Shown piece after piece: positions 39,871-49,660 of a stretch of DNA of 64,000 nucleotides. Numbering within the stretch: the first letter of the stretch is position 1; each line of letters begins with the position of its first letter. Under the pieces are notes generated by a model that was given only the letters and a program-made list of their open reading frames with translations, did not search any database and was not told where the DNA came from. The stretch is taken from the IMG/VR virus record IMGVR_UViG_3300013137_000013, positions 1 to 64,000 of that record. One strand, given 5' to 3'. The position numbers and the translations under genes are program-made. Source of the DNA: a virus.

Positions 39871-41574
39871 TTAATCTATACCAAAAATTTTATCACCCAT
39901 AACTCCCCATGTATCCCACATATTGCCCCAAAGCAATTTGAGATGAATAACTCCAACCGAGGTGTCACCAGTAATACTAATAGTTCTACTGTCTTGTTTA
40001 TATCCTCTATAGAAAGTATTTAAAGTATATGTTCCAGGTTCTAGCTCTGTAAATACAAAATTTCCAGTAAGGTCAGTCGGTTGAGTTATATAACTACTAT
40101 TTGGATAAATTAATTGAATAGTAGCACCAGTCACAACACTTCCAGAAACAACTCCACTAAGAGAATATTGACCCTGGAGAGAATCATCTAAATATGATGG
40201 ATATGCCCACATAGGAGAATCTGCAATGTGTGGGCTATCTGATTGGGTATAAACATAAGATTTATATACACTTGGGGTCGTTATTGCAGTTCCAACATCA
40301 GAAAAAGTTACAACACTTTGCTTCACTCCAAATATGTTTATTAATTCTTTGACCCCACCCATTCTGTACCAAAATTGTGTTTTATTTAATAAAGGAACAG
40401 AATATTCTCTTACAATGTCAGTTGTTTTTTGTGTTATAGACCAATCTTCAGATTCAGAGCCCAACAATTCATTTGTACTTAATTTTGTATCTTCTTTTTT
40501 AATTGGATAAGAATATACCACACCACTAAAAGATTGTGAATCTCCAGAATCATAAACAACTTGTAATAAATAACTATCTGCATCATTAGAATTTGACCAA
40601 AAGAAGTTGGGGGAAAAAGTAGTTAGTTGTCCAGTCACATAAGGTTTAACCCATTGTGGTTTATTTGGAATCAAAAAATATGTGAAATAATTTCCATAAA
40701 CAGTAATTCCCGAAAATGTTCCACCAGTTATTATGTGTGCTGGTACTGGAGTAGTTTCCTTATAATATTGTTGATAACTTATAGGCACAATGCTATCATC
40801 ATCTCCAAGTTGACAAAATTCATATAATCCCGCTCCCTGCATTCTTTCAAACTCGAATTGTGTTGTAATAAAGTATTGCGCATAATCCTCAAATAATTGA
40901 AAAGCGAAATCTCCTTTTCTTTTTTGATATTCTGCTAAAAATAAATCATAAACACTTGTTGAAATCCCAGATGTTGTTGCAGTAATCGTTAGAATTGGAT
41001 TTTCTAACATTGTTTGCATTGCTTTATATTTATCAGATTGACTAATTGAGGATGTTAATTCCGATGGAAATGAACTTGGAGCCAATAATTCAGAAACGTT
41101 GTTTAAAGATATTTTTCTTTTTGTAACACTTGTGCTTGATATTCCATCTTTTGTTATTGTTTCCTCAATGGTTTCCTCAGATGCATTTCTTGTTTCCTGA
41201 ACTTTTGTCCTTTCTAAATTAGCAACACATTCTTTATAATTTTTATAAGGAATTTTATAAAGTTGATGTTTAATTGTTACACCAGTTCCAAAGTGGTCTG
41301 TGTTTGCAGTAAATATAAACCTAATAAATGGCCTAGAGACATTGGTAAAAATAGACCAATAATCCTGCATATAATAATTCAATGTTCCACCTAAAGTGTA
41401 ATAAGTGGGCGTATCGAATTCAAAATAATCGCTATTTACAATATTTACATCAACAAAATGATTAGTGTAAAATCCTTCAGCAAAACTTTCTGGGTAACAA
41501 GCTGGCATACCAGAATGCTTTTGGTAATCTTGCTTTATGAAAATCTTTTTATTTGAATCGTATATTAATGACAT
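39871..41574 (-). CDS. structural protein with Fn3-like and carboxypeptidase-regulatory-like domains
   Basis: PNFFWS..ADSYLLQV; YSLSGVV..GATIQL..TDLTGNFVFTELEPGTYTL..GYK. Confidence 0.65.
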   Translation of the reverse strand: MSLIYDSNKKIFIKQDYQKHSGMPACYPESFAEGFYTNHFVDVNIVNSDYFEFDTPTYYTLGGTLNYYMQDYWSIFTNVSRPFIRFIFTANTDHFGTGVTIKHQLYKIPYKNYKECVANLERTKVQETRNASEETIEETITKDGISSTSVTKRKISLNNVSELLAPSSFPSELTSSISQSDKYKAMQTMLENPILTITATTSGISTSVYDLFLAEYQKRKGDFAFQLFEDYAQYFITTQFEFERMQGAGLYEFCQLGDDDSIVPISYQQYYKETTPVPAHIITGGTFSGITVYGNYFTYFLIPNKPQWVKPYVTGQLTTFSPNFFWSNSNDADSYLLQVVYDSGDSQSFSGVVYSYPIKKEDTKLSTNELLGSESEDWSITQKTTDIVREYSVPLLNKTQFWYRMGGVKELINIFGVKQSVVTFSDVGTAITTPSVYKSYVYTQSDSPHIADSPMWAYPSYLDDSLQGQYSLSGVVSGSVVTGATIQLIYPNSSYITQPTDLTGNFVFTELEPGTYTLNTFYRGYKQDSRTISITGDTSVGVIHLKLLWGNMWDTWGVMGDKIFGID

Positions 41575-41599
41575 TTTTTAAAGATTAATAGTTAAAAAT

Positions 41600-43975
41600 T
41601 TATTCGGCCACTAATTGTTGTGATGAACTAATTATAGATGCTGTGGCGATTACGGCACCAATTTCTGAATTAACAGTTTTAGTATTAACACTACATGTAA
41701 TGTTTAAAGCCTTTATGGATGCCTCCTTTGTCTCAATTTTTTGGCAGGAAAACTTAAAAGGAAAAACATTTTGCTGAGTTGGAATAATAATTTTTACATC
41801 AGAAAGCGAACAATACTTAAATTGTCCTATCACTGGTTCTAAAGAATCTCTTCTAAACATAGAACCTTTGTCAACTCCTTCTCTGTAAACAAATCTTTCT
41901 CTATGAAAAACTGGATTTTTATATGTAGTTGGAACGTGTTCATTAAAAATTGTGGTAGCTGGAACTAATTGTAGCATATAATCTCCGAGTTGTACTTCAA
42001 GTAACTGTATGTATGATTCCAATTTACACATTGTTAGTGAATTGCTATCAGGACAAGTTGCATAATAATAAGATAAATATATATTTTTTAGTTCTGGATA
42101 GCCCCAAACAGTATGACATTGTGCGTTTGTTTTTCTATTTGTTGGATTAATTGAATTCGTATAAACATAATCTATATACTGACTTAAAGTCATAGCAGCT
42201 ATATTTATTGGTTGCACGTCTTCTTGTGTAAAAGTTAAAAATTCAAACGGAATAGTCATACAACTAAAAGAAGGGCATGGACTGCCCCACATCCATGATG
42301 CACATGGTTGCTGAAAATATTGCCAAACATCACATTCAATAGCTTGTGTTGGAGCAAATTCAAGTCCCACTTCTTTTGTGTTAACAATACTTCTTGTACC
42401 ATCAATTGGGTCTCCAACCTCTATTTTAATATTATCAACCCTCATAAGTGGGTCAAATTCTGGCCTCCATTGATTAATATAATCATATCCATTTCCCCTG
42501 TTAATTCCCCCTTGTTGGAATATATATAAACTTTCAGAATAATTAATATATCCGTCAGTATCAACTTTTGATGTTACATTTGGGGCTGTTTTAACAATAT
42601 CATAAACAAATTCATTGAAATTTATTAAACAATCTGGAGCTCCAAGAAGTTTAAATATAAACGTAATAGCGTCTCTGGTGCCCTTTTTCTTATACAACCA
42701 CACTATATTAATTAAAATTCTTCTCCAAATTTCAACATTAAAATAAGAAAATGAATTATTGCTTTGGTCCAAATCGCTTGTTAAATAATCAAACAAATCC
42801 AATTCGCTAAATCCATCTGATAATTTCCACCCCAAAAGAGTCCCTAACTTCATCATAAATTTTCTTGGAACAGTTTCTTCGTTATTATATTCAACACTAT
42901 GAGCATATGCTATTGCGTCTATATAATTTTTAAGTTTATCAAATTCATAAGCATATGTTTGAATAATACTTCTATAAATTTGTCCATTGGAATCCAACTC
43001 CAAATAGTTTTCTGGAATTACAGTTTTTATAAAAATATCAGTTTTCTCCTCATCAACCCTTTCTGCTGCAACTAAAATTTTATCTTTATATGTTTCAAAA
43101 TTAGAACCATATGAATCAGGAGCAAAACCATCAATCGTTCTTGGCCATATAAATTGTTTATTAATATAATCATCTTCTGTTGTTTCTGTATTTGGAATCG
43201 CAAAAATTCCTTCTCCCAACAATTGTGTTTCTAATGAAGTTATCGAATCATTGTAATTATACATTCTTTCAATGGTTGGCCTGATGTATAATGCTTTTGT
43301 AAAAACAGGACTTGAATTGCCACCCATTAAAAGCCCAGAGACTTCAAAATACAAATATGTTCCAGAGAAAGAATAGTTTTTTATTTTATGAATTTCCGTT
43401 TGTCCACTTAATTGTACACAAAACTGTTTATAGTCATAAGATAAACTGTAATTATTAGGAGTATTTGCAGACGTTAAAATAATATTACTTTGGTTAGTTA
43501 AACCAGATGTTGGTATTTTAAAAACCGACCACGTTTCAAACGTTATATTGTCATAGTGCTCAGAATAGTCAAATATATTTACGTTACCATTATTATAAGA
43601 TAGAATTGCATATGGATAGTCGGATATTATTCTATTTATTGCTGACGCTACGCTGGTATAAAACGAAGAAAAATAAGAATGACTTTTAGGTTTTCTTTTT
43701 GGTAAATTTAATTCGTTTTGTTGAACGAATGTGCTAGAAACAGAACTAATTAAATTTACAGCATTTAAGGTCTCTAAATTATCAAATGTGCCAAAACTAG
43801 CAAATTGTGTAGAGGAAGTTAAAACATCTAGGGAATAATTTTTTTCAATTGTAAAATCCCCAAAAGAAAATATGGCATCAGACTTTGAGGCTACTAATCT
43901 TTTTTCCTTTCCTGGTTGTGGACGTATAGATAATGTTGTAGCAGAATTTATATTTGTCTCAAAAGGTATTGGCAT
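41600..43975 (-). CDS. baseplate wedge protein (gp7/tail protein I-like)
   Basis: LYKKKGTRDAITFIFKLLG motif preceded by LGWKL. Confidence 0.7.
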   Translation of the reverse strand: MPIPFETNINSATTLSIRPQPGKEKRLVASKSDAIFSFGDFTIEKNYSLDVLTSSTQFASFGTFDNLETLNAVNLISSVSSTFVQQNELNLPKRKPKSHSYFSSFYTSVASAINRIISDYPYAILSYNNGNVNIFDYSEHYDNITFETWSVFKIPTSGLTNQSNIILTSANTPNNYSLSYDYKQFCVQLSGQTEIHKIKNYSFSGTYLYFEVSGLLMGGNSSPVFTKALYIRPTIERMYNYNDSITSLETQLLGEGIFAIPNTETTEDDYINKQFIWPRTIDGFAPDSYGSNFETYKDKILVAAERVDEEKTDIFIKTVIPENYLELDSNGQIYRSIIQTYAYEFDKLKNYIDAIAYAHSVEYNNEETVPRKFMMKLGTLLGWKLSDGFSELDLFDYLTSDLDQSNNSFSYFNVEIWRRILINIVWLYKKKGTRDAITFIFKLLGAPDCLINFNEFVYDIVKTAPNVTSKVDTDGYINYSESLYIFQQGGINRGNGYDYINQWRPEFDPLMRVDNIKIEVGDPIDGTRSIVNTKEVGLEFAPTQAIECDVWQYFQQPCASWMWGSPCPSFSCMTIPFEFLTFTQEDVQPINIAAMTLSQYIDYVYTNSINPTNRKTNAQCHTVWGYPELKNIYLSYYYATCPDSNSLTMCKLESYIQLLEVQLGDYMLQLVPATTIFNEHVPTTYKNPVFHRERFVYREGVDKGSMFRRDSLEPVIGQFKYCSLSDVKIIIPTQQNVFPFKFSCQKIETKEASIKALNITCSVNTKTVNSEIGAVIATASIISSSQQLVAE

Positions 43976-44114
43976 CTAATTTTTTATTTTTTTATAAATA
44001 TTCACAAAAAAGATTTAAAAACAAACAAAAATGGTTTTTTTAAAAGTTAACTATTTATTTTTAGAAAAAGTTTGAATATTTTTTTATTGATTATTTATAG
44101 GAAAAAGAAAAAAA

Positions 44115-46214
44115 ATGAGTTATATAGTTCAAGAACCCTCAAATTTTATAAACATCAAGCTTACTGATACAGGAAGAAGATTATTATCGTTGGGAGCATT
44201 AACTTTTAATAGTATAATCTTTTCCGACAGAGAAGTTAATTATTACTTAGGAAGAAATAATATATATGATATTTGTCGCAATAGAGTTTTAGCTCCAAAA
44301 GATGACCAACCAGCCATTTCTGGGATTCCGTTTAATCAAATACCTAGTATTTCAACTCCCACGGCAGTTGAAAAACTAAGCCTTGCCTTAAGTTCAAGTT
44401 TCAACGGAGCCAATAGTGTTCCCATAACTTCACAAAACTTAACAAGTGCAAAACAAATTGTTTCTGCCATGACGAGTTCGGTTGGTTTTTTCACTGGTAG
44501 TTCTTATAATTGGCAAATAAAAACTGGAGCAACAGTTGGCGATGCTTATAGCATTGGCATGGCCGAAATAGATTATTCAACGACTATTCCAAATGGAACA
44601 ACAGAAATTGATGTTACAGCTGGAGGATATACTGCAAAAACGGGGGATTTGGTTTATATTCCATGGGAACCACCTCAATATAGTGCTATAACTAATAATA
44701 CAACTTATGTGTTTAGTGCAAGACCAGAAGTTGCATTATGGTATAGAGTTCAGGGGGTAAATGGAACCACTCTTTCTCTTGATAGAAGTGTACCAAATTT
44801 TGGGAATACCCCAATCGTGGGCTCTACTCAAAAAATTAAAGCATATTTTTATCCTTATGGAAAAGTAGAAAACTTTTATGGTTCTGCGGTGACAGTGGAT
44901 TGTGGAGTTTGGAATATGAATATAGTAAGAACATCTTCTGAAATTGGAACACTCCCATTAATGAGTGGGTATACAACATATGGTTCTATTGAATATAATG
45001 GAACAAAACAATATTTAGGTTTTGGATATGATATCAAAGCTTTTGGTATAATTCATTATACAAACAAATTTTCTGGAAATACCTATGCAGAACAATTAGT
45101 ACCAAAAACGGTTAAATTAGAAATTCCAAATATAATGTGGCACAGAAGTTATTCTGTATCAGTTGGCCAAGAATTGATTCATGGCTTGACATTATATGAT
45201 TATTATGGAACTGACATATTCGATACAATTGCTCAAACAACTTACAGAGAGCTGAGAGATGGAACATCAAGCACATCTTTTGTAGTTGGAAGAGTTTATC
45301 ATAAACTTAAAATAATTGTTATAACCGACCAAGAATTGTTGACGGCTTTAACATATAAATCAAATAGAAATTATACATTACCAGAATTAACACTTTCTAC
45401 AGAGCCATCTATACTTGGCTCATCATCTGGATTTTGTAAGAGTGATTATGTTTATTATGTAACATATTTAACGTCAAGCAATGCTTATCAAGACGGTGTA
45501 AGTTATGGATACTCACAAAGTTTACCATGTGGTTATATAAAACAAATTAATGGAGATACAGATACAGTTACTGGTCTACATTCTGTTTTAAAAGCCAACT
45601 TCTCAACACTCTCATTTCCTTACATGAGAAATAGCACTAATTTAACATCTTTATCTGGAACTGGATGGAATGCCAATTCAGTACAATTAATATTCCAAGA
45701 ATATCCAGTATCGGCCTCTACAAACGTGGGAACTTTACCTACAGATTTGTGGAAAATATTCACTGGAGGCAATGGGGTATATACTGGAGAAACAGGTAGT
45801 ACAACTATAAATCCAGCAGATTTGCAGAGTCACGTTTTTGCTCTCAATCTGTCAGATTACTATTCATCAACCACCTATTCATTAACAGGCTTATATTCCG
45901 CATTTACTACAAATACAGATTCATATACTTCAAGTGGATTAACATTTGGTGACGAGGCATTCTTTTATGGTAATTTAACAACAGGAATTCAGGCAAATGT
46001 TTACAAAACAATTATTACTATATATGCAAAAAATGACGAATATAATTCATCTTTGAATTCTACTTTCGACAGTTTGTATAATGATAGTACGTTTATAACC
46101 GAAATAGGAATTTTGAATACCAAAAATGAACTTGTGGCAGTGGCCAAGCCAGCTTATCCAATAAAAAAGGATTCTTCAAGATACCTTGCATTTCAGTTGG
46201 AATTAGATTTTTAA
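44115..46214 (+). CDS. tail collar/fibre-attachment-like structural protein
   Basis: N-term KLTDTGR and C-term ITEIGILN...LVAVAK..PIKK. Confidence 0.65.
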   Translation: MSYIVQEPSNFINIKLTDTGRRLLSLGALTFNSIIFSDREVNYYLGRNNIYDICRNRVLAPKDDQPAISGIPFNQIPSISTPTAVEKLSLALSSSFNGANSVPITSQNLTSAKQIVSAMTSSVGFFTGSSYNWQIKTGATVGDAYSIGMAEIDYSTTIPNGTTEIDVTAGGYTAKTGDLVYIPWEPPQYSAITNNTTYVFSARPEVALWYRVQGVNGTTLSLDRSVPNFGNTPIVGSTQKIKAYFYPYGKVENFYGSAVTVDCGVWNMNIVRTSSEIGTLPLMSGYTTYGSIEYNGTKQYLGFGYDIKAFGIIHYTNKFSGNTYAEQLVPKTVKLEIPNIMWHRSYSVSVGQELIHGLTLYDYYGTDIFDTIAQTTYRELRDGTSSTSFVVGRVYHKLKIIVITDQELLTALTYKSNRNYTLPELTLSTEPSILGSSSGFCKSDYVYYVTYLTSSNAYQDGVSYGYSQSLPCGYIKQINGDTDTVTGLHSVLKANFSTLSFPYMRNSTNLTSLSGTGWNANSVQLIFQEYPVSASTNVGTLPTDLWKIFTGGNGVYTGETGSTTINPADLQSHVFALNLSDYYSSTTYSLTGLYSAFTTNTDSYTSSGLTFGDEAFFYGNLTTGIQANVYKTIITIYAKNDEYNSSLNSTFDSLYNDSTFITEIGILNTKNELVAVAKPAYPIKKDSSRYLAFQLELDF

Positions 46215-46249
46215 AAAAATTTTTAAATATATTTATAAAAAAAAAAATT

Positions 46250-46684
46250 ATGGGAAACGTTTTATCATCAAGTACGATTTATGCAGTAGCATATTTAACA
46301 GATTTGGGAAGAAAGTATTTGTTTGACCCAATAACAAATCATAGATTTGTAAGAGATGCTGCTGGAAATACAATTGATGCTTTTAAAATTGTATATTTTT
46401 CTATGTCTGACCCAGACTACAATTATAATTTAACTCAAGGAATAGCACTTGAAAGTGGCGACATTGCTAATGTTTCTGGGAAAAATGACGATTTTATCCA
46501 AGGTTCCATTGTTAGCGAAGAAAACAATTTGATTTCTGTAAACGGAGAAGTTGGGGGCATGAATGGTATGACAACTCCAACAGAAAATATATCAATAGAT
46601 GTTCCTTATATTTTAGAAAGCAATATGACTGACAACGTTCTCACAGTTAATACAAGTACGTTTCAAGTTGCTACAGGTATATAA
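46250..46684 (+). CDS. structural protein (LTDxGR N-terminal module)
   Basis: AYLTDLGRKYL...F.MSD.DYNY parallels the N-terminus of 44115..46214; TATTTATA at 46230. Confidence 0.65.
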   Translation: MGNVLSSSTIYAVAYLTDLGRKYLFDPITNHRFVRDAAGNTIDAFKIVYFSMSDPDYNYNLTQGIALESGDIANVSGKNDDFIQGSIVSEENNLISVNGEVGGMNGMTTPTENISIDVPYILESNMTDNVLTVNTSTFQVATGI

Positions 46685-46698
46685 TTAATTAAAAGAAT

Positions 46699-47442
46699 AT
46701 GGCAGCAATAACAACAACAACGACAATATCCACGAATACAGCATCTAAGGTTGCATCTAACCTTGGTATTTCTTATTCTGATGCTATTCAAAATTTGAAT
46801 AACAATAGGAGCCCAATTATATCAATGAATGAAAACCCTCACCCAAGTAATTATGTTACCAATGGAGTGGCAAGGGTAATACAATTATTGACATACTATG
46901 GTGGTAATATAAATAATAACAGCATAGCTGTAGAAAAGTATTCAATCAGCCCAAATTTTACTGGATTGATTAAATGCTCTGGGCCGCAAAAGGGGATTTG
47001 GTATCTTCCTTTTCCAAATACTGTTTACGCAATTAAATTTTATGGACCAGATGAATATGATGCAAAGTATTATAATCACGTTTATGCTGTTCCTGCAAAA
47101 ATAGACAGTTCTTATTGGACTGGGCTTAAAGATTATACAACCGCAGTGCCTCAAGAATGGATAACAGCATTTGTGCAATACGCAAGTACGATACCATCAA
47201 ATATTACACCTGCAACCCCCACTCTTACTCCAATATTAAATGCAGTTAAAAGTTTTCCAACAACTGATGCTACTCAAAAATATCAATTTTCTTTTAATTT
47301 TTGGGGAAGTTTAAGTGGAACAATCGGCAAAGCTTCAAGTTTTGCTTTTGAATATGTATTTTACCCAGGAACAGCACCAAAACCTCCAGTGGTAGGAACA
47401 GTAATTAATGCTGATTTGAATACTTTTTTATCAGCAACGTAA
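46699..47442 (+). CDS. hypothetical structural protein
   Basis: 247 aa T/P-rich ORF in the late operon. Confidence 0.7.
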   Translation: MAAITTTTTISTNTASKVASNLGISYSDAIQNLNNNRSPIISMNENPHPSNYVTNGVARVIQLLTYYGGNINNNSIAVEKYSISPNFTGLIKCSGPQKGIWYLPFPNTVYAIKFYGPDEYDAKYYNHVYAVPAKIDSSYWTGLKDYTTAVPQEWITAFVQYASTIPSNITPATPTLTPILNAVKSFPTTDATQKYQFSFNFWGSLSGTIGKASSFAFEYVFYPGTAPKPPVVGTVINADLNTFLSAT

Positions 47443-47466
47443 GCAATAAAATAAAAAAATAAATCT

Positions 47467-48639
47467 ATGGCAGAAATTAATAAAAGATTAGTCAATTCAT
47501 CAACTTCTATTAGAAAGGAAGTATCAACTTGGGTAAGTTTGTCTGATTCCAAGTTGTTATATACTCTTGCAGATAGAACTGATGTCAATAACAAATATGG
47601 ACATTATTTTTCCACATTTAATATTCCCTACAAACGCTCTAATTCTATTTTTTATAGCGGGGAAACAATGGCAAGAACCAATCCAGAATTGTTTCAATTA
47701 AATGTTGATAAAATTGTAGTAATTCCTATTAGTGAGAACTATTATAGTGAATATATTGATGGAAGGTCAATTACTTTAAAAGTTCCACAAACAGGCGGCA
47801 CATACAAAACGGTGGTTTCTAGTTTCTATTCTGATACTTTAAGAAATGCCAAAACTGGAGATTCGCCAATTCAATATTTTGGACCTTATAATACTGCTTT
47901 TTTATTTTCAGATGATATAAATAAACCTTTTACTGGAACAACCGAAAACGGTTCTATAAACCACAATCAAATTACAACCTGGGACCCAACTACTGATTTT
48001 AGAAATAGACCATCTGCTGTTGCATATAATCCCGAAATAAAAAGAAGTGATTATAACAAAGACCAGAGACCTTGGTCATCAGTAGATTTGGCAGTATATG
48101 TAAATCAAGCATATCCTAAATCTTTAAATACATACGATGATGTTGTTAACGGCTATAATTATGATATTCCAGTTGGTTTTGTTAGCTTAGATAAGGGGTA
48201 CATAATTTTAACACACCCAAGTATTGTTGATAATATTCCATGGACAACTGGAAGCAAAACATATCAGCCAGGATATGGAGAAGCAAATGCGGGAGAAAAT
48301 ATTATAACGGGAGATAATTTAGCTGGAAGCACAGAGAAAATTGTGTTTACTGGTTTAACATCTACTTTAACTTTTGAAGATATAAGCATAAGATATTTAA
48401 CTTCTGTTGTTTGTATTGCAATGCCAGGGGAGTTTTTTATATCAAAAAACCCATCATGGCCATTATCAAGAAATTTGGCTGAGATTAGCAATCAAACAAC
48501 CAATTTTGATTCCATTTTTATTACTCAAATTGGCTTGTACAATATTCACGAACAACTAATTGCGGTTGCAAAACTAGATAGACCAGTTGAAAAAACATAT
48601 GATGGACTAATAAATTTCAATTTACAAATTGACATTTAA
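47467..48639 (+). CDS. structural protein (C-terminal ITxIGLY...LIAVAK module)
   Basis: SKNPSW..ITQIGLYN..LIAVAKLDRPVEK parallels the C-terminus of 44115..46214. Confidence 0.65.
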   Translation: MAEINKRLVNSSTSIRKEVSTWVSLSDSKLLYTLADRTDVNNKYGHYFSTFNIPYKRSNSIFYSGETMARTNPELFQLNVDKIVVIPISENYYSEYIDGRSITLKVPQTGGTYKTVVSSFYSDTLRNAKTGDSPIQYFGPYNTAFLFSDDINKPFTGTTENGSINHNQITTWDPTTDFRNRPSAVAYNPEIKRSDYNKDQRPWSSVDLAVYVNQAYPKSLNTYDDVVNGYNYDIPVGFVSLDKGYIILTHPSIVDNIPWTTGSKTYQPGYGEANAGENIITGDNLAGSTEKIVFTGLTSTLTFEDISIRYLTSVVCIAMPGEFFISKNPSWPLSRNLAEISNQTTNFDSIFITQIGLYNIHEQLIAVAKLDRPVEKTYDGLINFNLQIDI

Positions 48640-48650
48640 TTTTCAAAGAG

Positions 48651-48689
48651 AAATAAAAAAGGGGAGTCAAAAACTCCCCTTTTTTATTT
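48651..48689 (+). terminator. intrinsic terminator ending the structural operon
   Basis: AAAAAAGGGGAGT-CAAA-AACTCCCCTTTTTT. Confidence 0.9.
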
Positions 48690-48748
48690 TACTATTGATT
48701 TGTGATTTTGTTTTTTCTATATTTCATCTGAACAAAAAAAACAAAAAC

Positions 48749-49291
48749 ATGTTGTTATCGTTAGATATAAGTACAAGCTGTATTGGATATTCAGTATTCA
48801 ATGAAAAGAATACTTTAATAGAAATGAATTATGTAAAGTTCGACAGCAAAAAAGACCTTTTCGAAAAGTTAGAATATTTTATAGAAAAAGTTTCTTATTT
48901 GTTAAAATTTCCAATTACAGCAATAGCTATCGAAGAACCCTTACAAAAATTTCAAGGAAAATTCTCAAGTGCTCACACAATTTCTATATTAAACTTTTTT
49001 AACGGAATGATTAGTTCCTTTCTTTATAGTCACTTTAGGATTAAACCTATTTACTATAACGTAAACAATGCAAGGTCAATTGTTTTGCCAGGTTTCAAAA
49101 TTAAAAAAGAAGGCGCATCTACAAAACATCAAATATGGGAAAAGGTGGTAGAAATGGAGCCACAGATTAATTGGAAATACGGAATAAAAAGCAGAAAGCT
49201 TTTAGAGGAAAATTATGATATGGCTGACTCATATATAGTTGGAAAATGCTTTATCAAAATGCTTGAAATTCAAAAAAATAAAATTTCTTAA
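48749..49291 (+). CDS. RuvC-like Holliday junction resolvase
   Basis: LLSLDISTSCIGYS, IAIEE, DMADS acidic triad; start inferred at Met 48749. Confidence 0.8.
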   Translation: MLLSLDISTSCIGYSVFNEKNTLIEMNYVKFDSKKDLFEKLEYFIEKVSYLLKFPITAIAIEEPLQKFQGKFSSAHTISILNFFNGMISSFLYSHFRIKPIYYNVNNARSIVLPGFKIKKEGASTKHQIWEKVVEMEPQINWKYGIKSRKLLEENYDMADSYIVGKCFIKMLEIQKNKIS

Positions 49292-49362
49292 CATTAATTG
49301 TGTAAATTCATTTTTTTTTGGATATTTATAGGCGATTTAAAACAAACTTAAAATTATATAAA

Positions 49363-49557
49363 ATGAAAAAACTAATTACATTGTTATTTGCAATCTTAGC
49401 ATTTGCATTAGTTTCTTGCAACTTTGGAGAAACAAAAGAAGAAGTAAAAACCGATTCAACCGCAGTATGCGTTGATACAACAAAAGTGGTAGTAGATACC
49501 ATAGCTAAAGTTGATACTTGCGAAAAAGTAGAAAAAGCACCTGTTGTAAAAAAATAA
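49363..49557 (+). CDS. small Bacteroidota-type lipoprotein
   Basis: MKKLITLLFAILAFALVS-C lipobox; D-S/T repeats; TATTTATA at 49323. Confidence 0.8.
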   Translation: MKKLITLLFAILAFALVSCNFGETKEEVKTDSTAVCVDTTKVVVDTIAKVDTCEKVEKAPVVKK

Positions 49558-49576
49558 ATAAATCTGAAAAGATTTA

Positions 49577-49612
49577 CAAAACTCCCAAAGTGAAAACTTT
49601 GGGAGTTTTTTG
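49577..49612 (+). terminator. intrinsic terminator
   Basis: AAAACTCCCAAAGT-GAAA-ACTTTGGGAGTTTTTT. Confidence 0.9.
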
Positions 49613-49623
49613 TTTTATTCTAC

Positions 49624-49654
49624 TTTGATTTGTCAATAATTAACCTTATATTTG
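49624..49654 (+). promoter_or_regulatory. Bacteroidota sigma70 promoter (perfect consensus)
   Basis: TTTG(49624)-N19-TATATTTG(49647), 6 nt before the primase ATG. Confidence 0.8.
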
Positions 49655-49660
49655 CAGATT

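Noticed and set aside
29693-48639. Diversity-generating retroelement targeting fibre genes
   Set aside because: No reverse transcriptase and no template/variable repeat pair seen in the window
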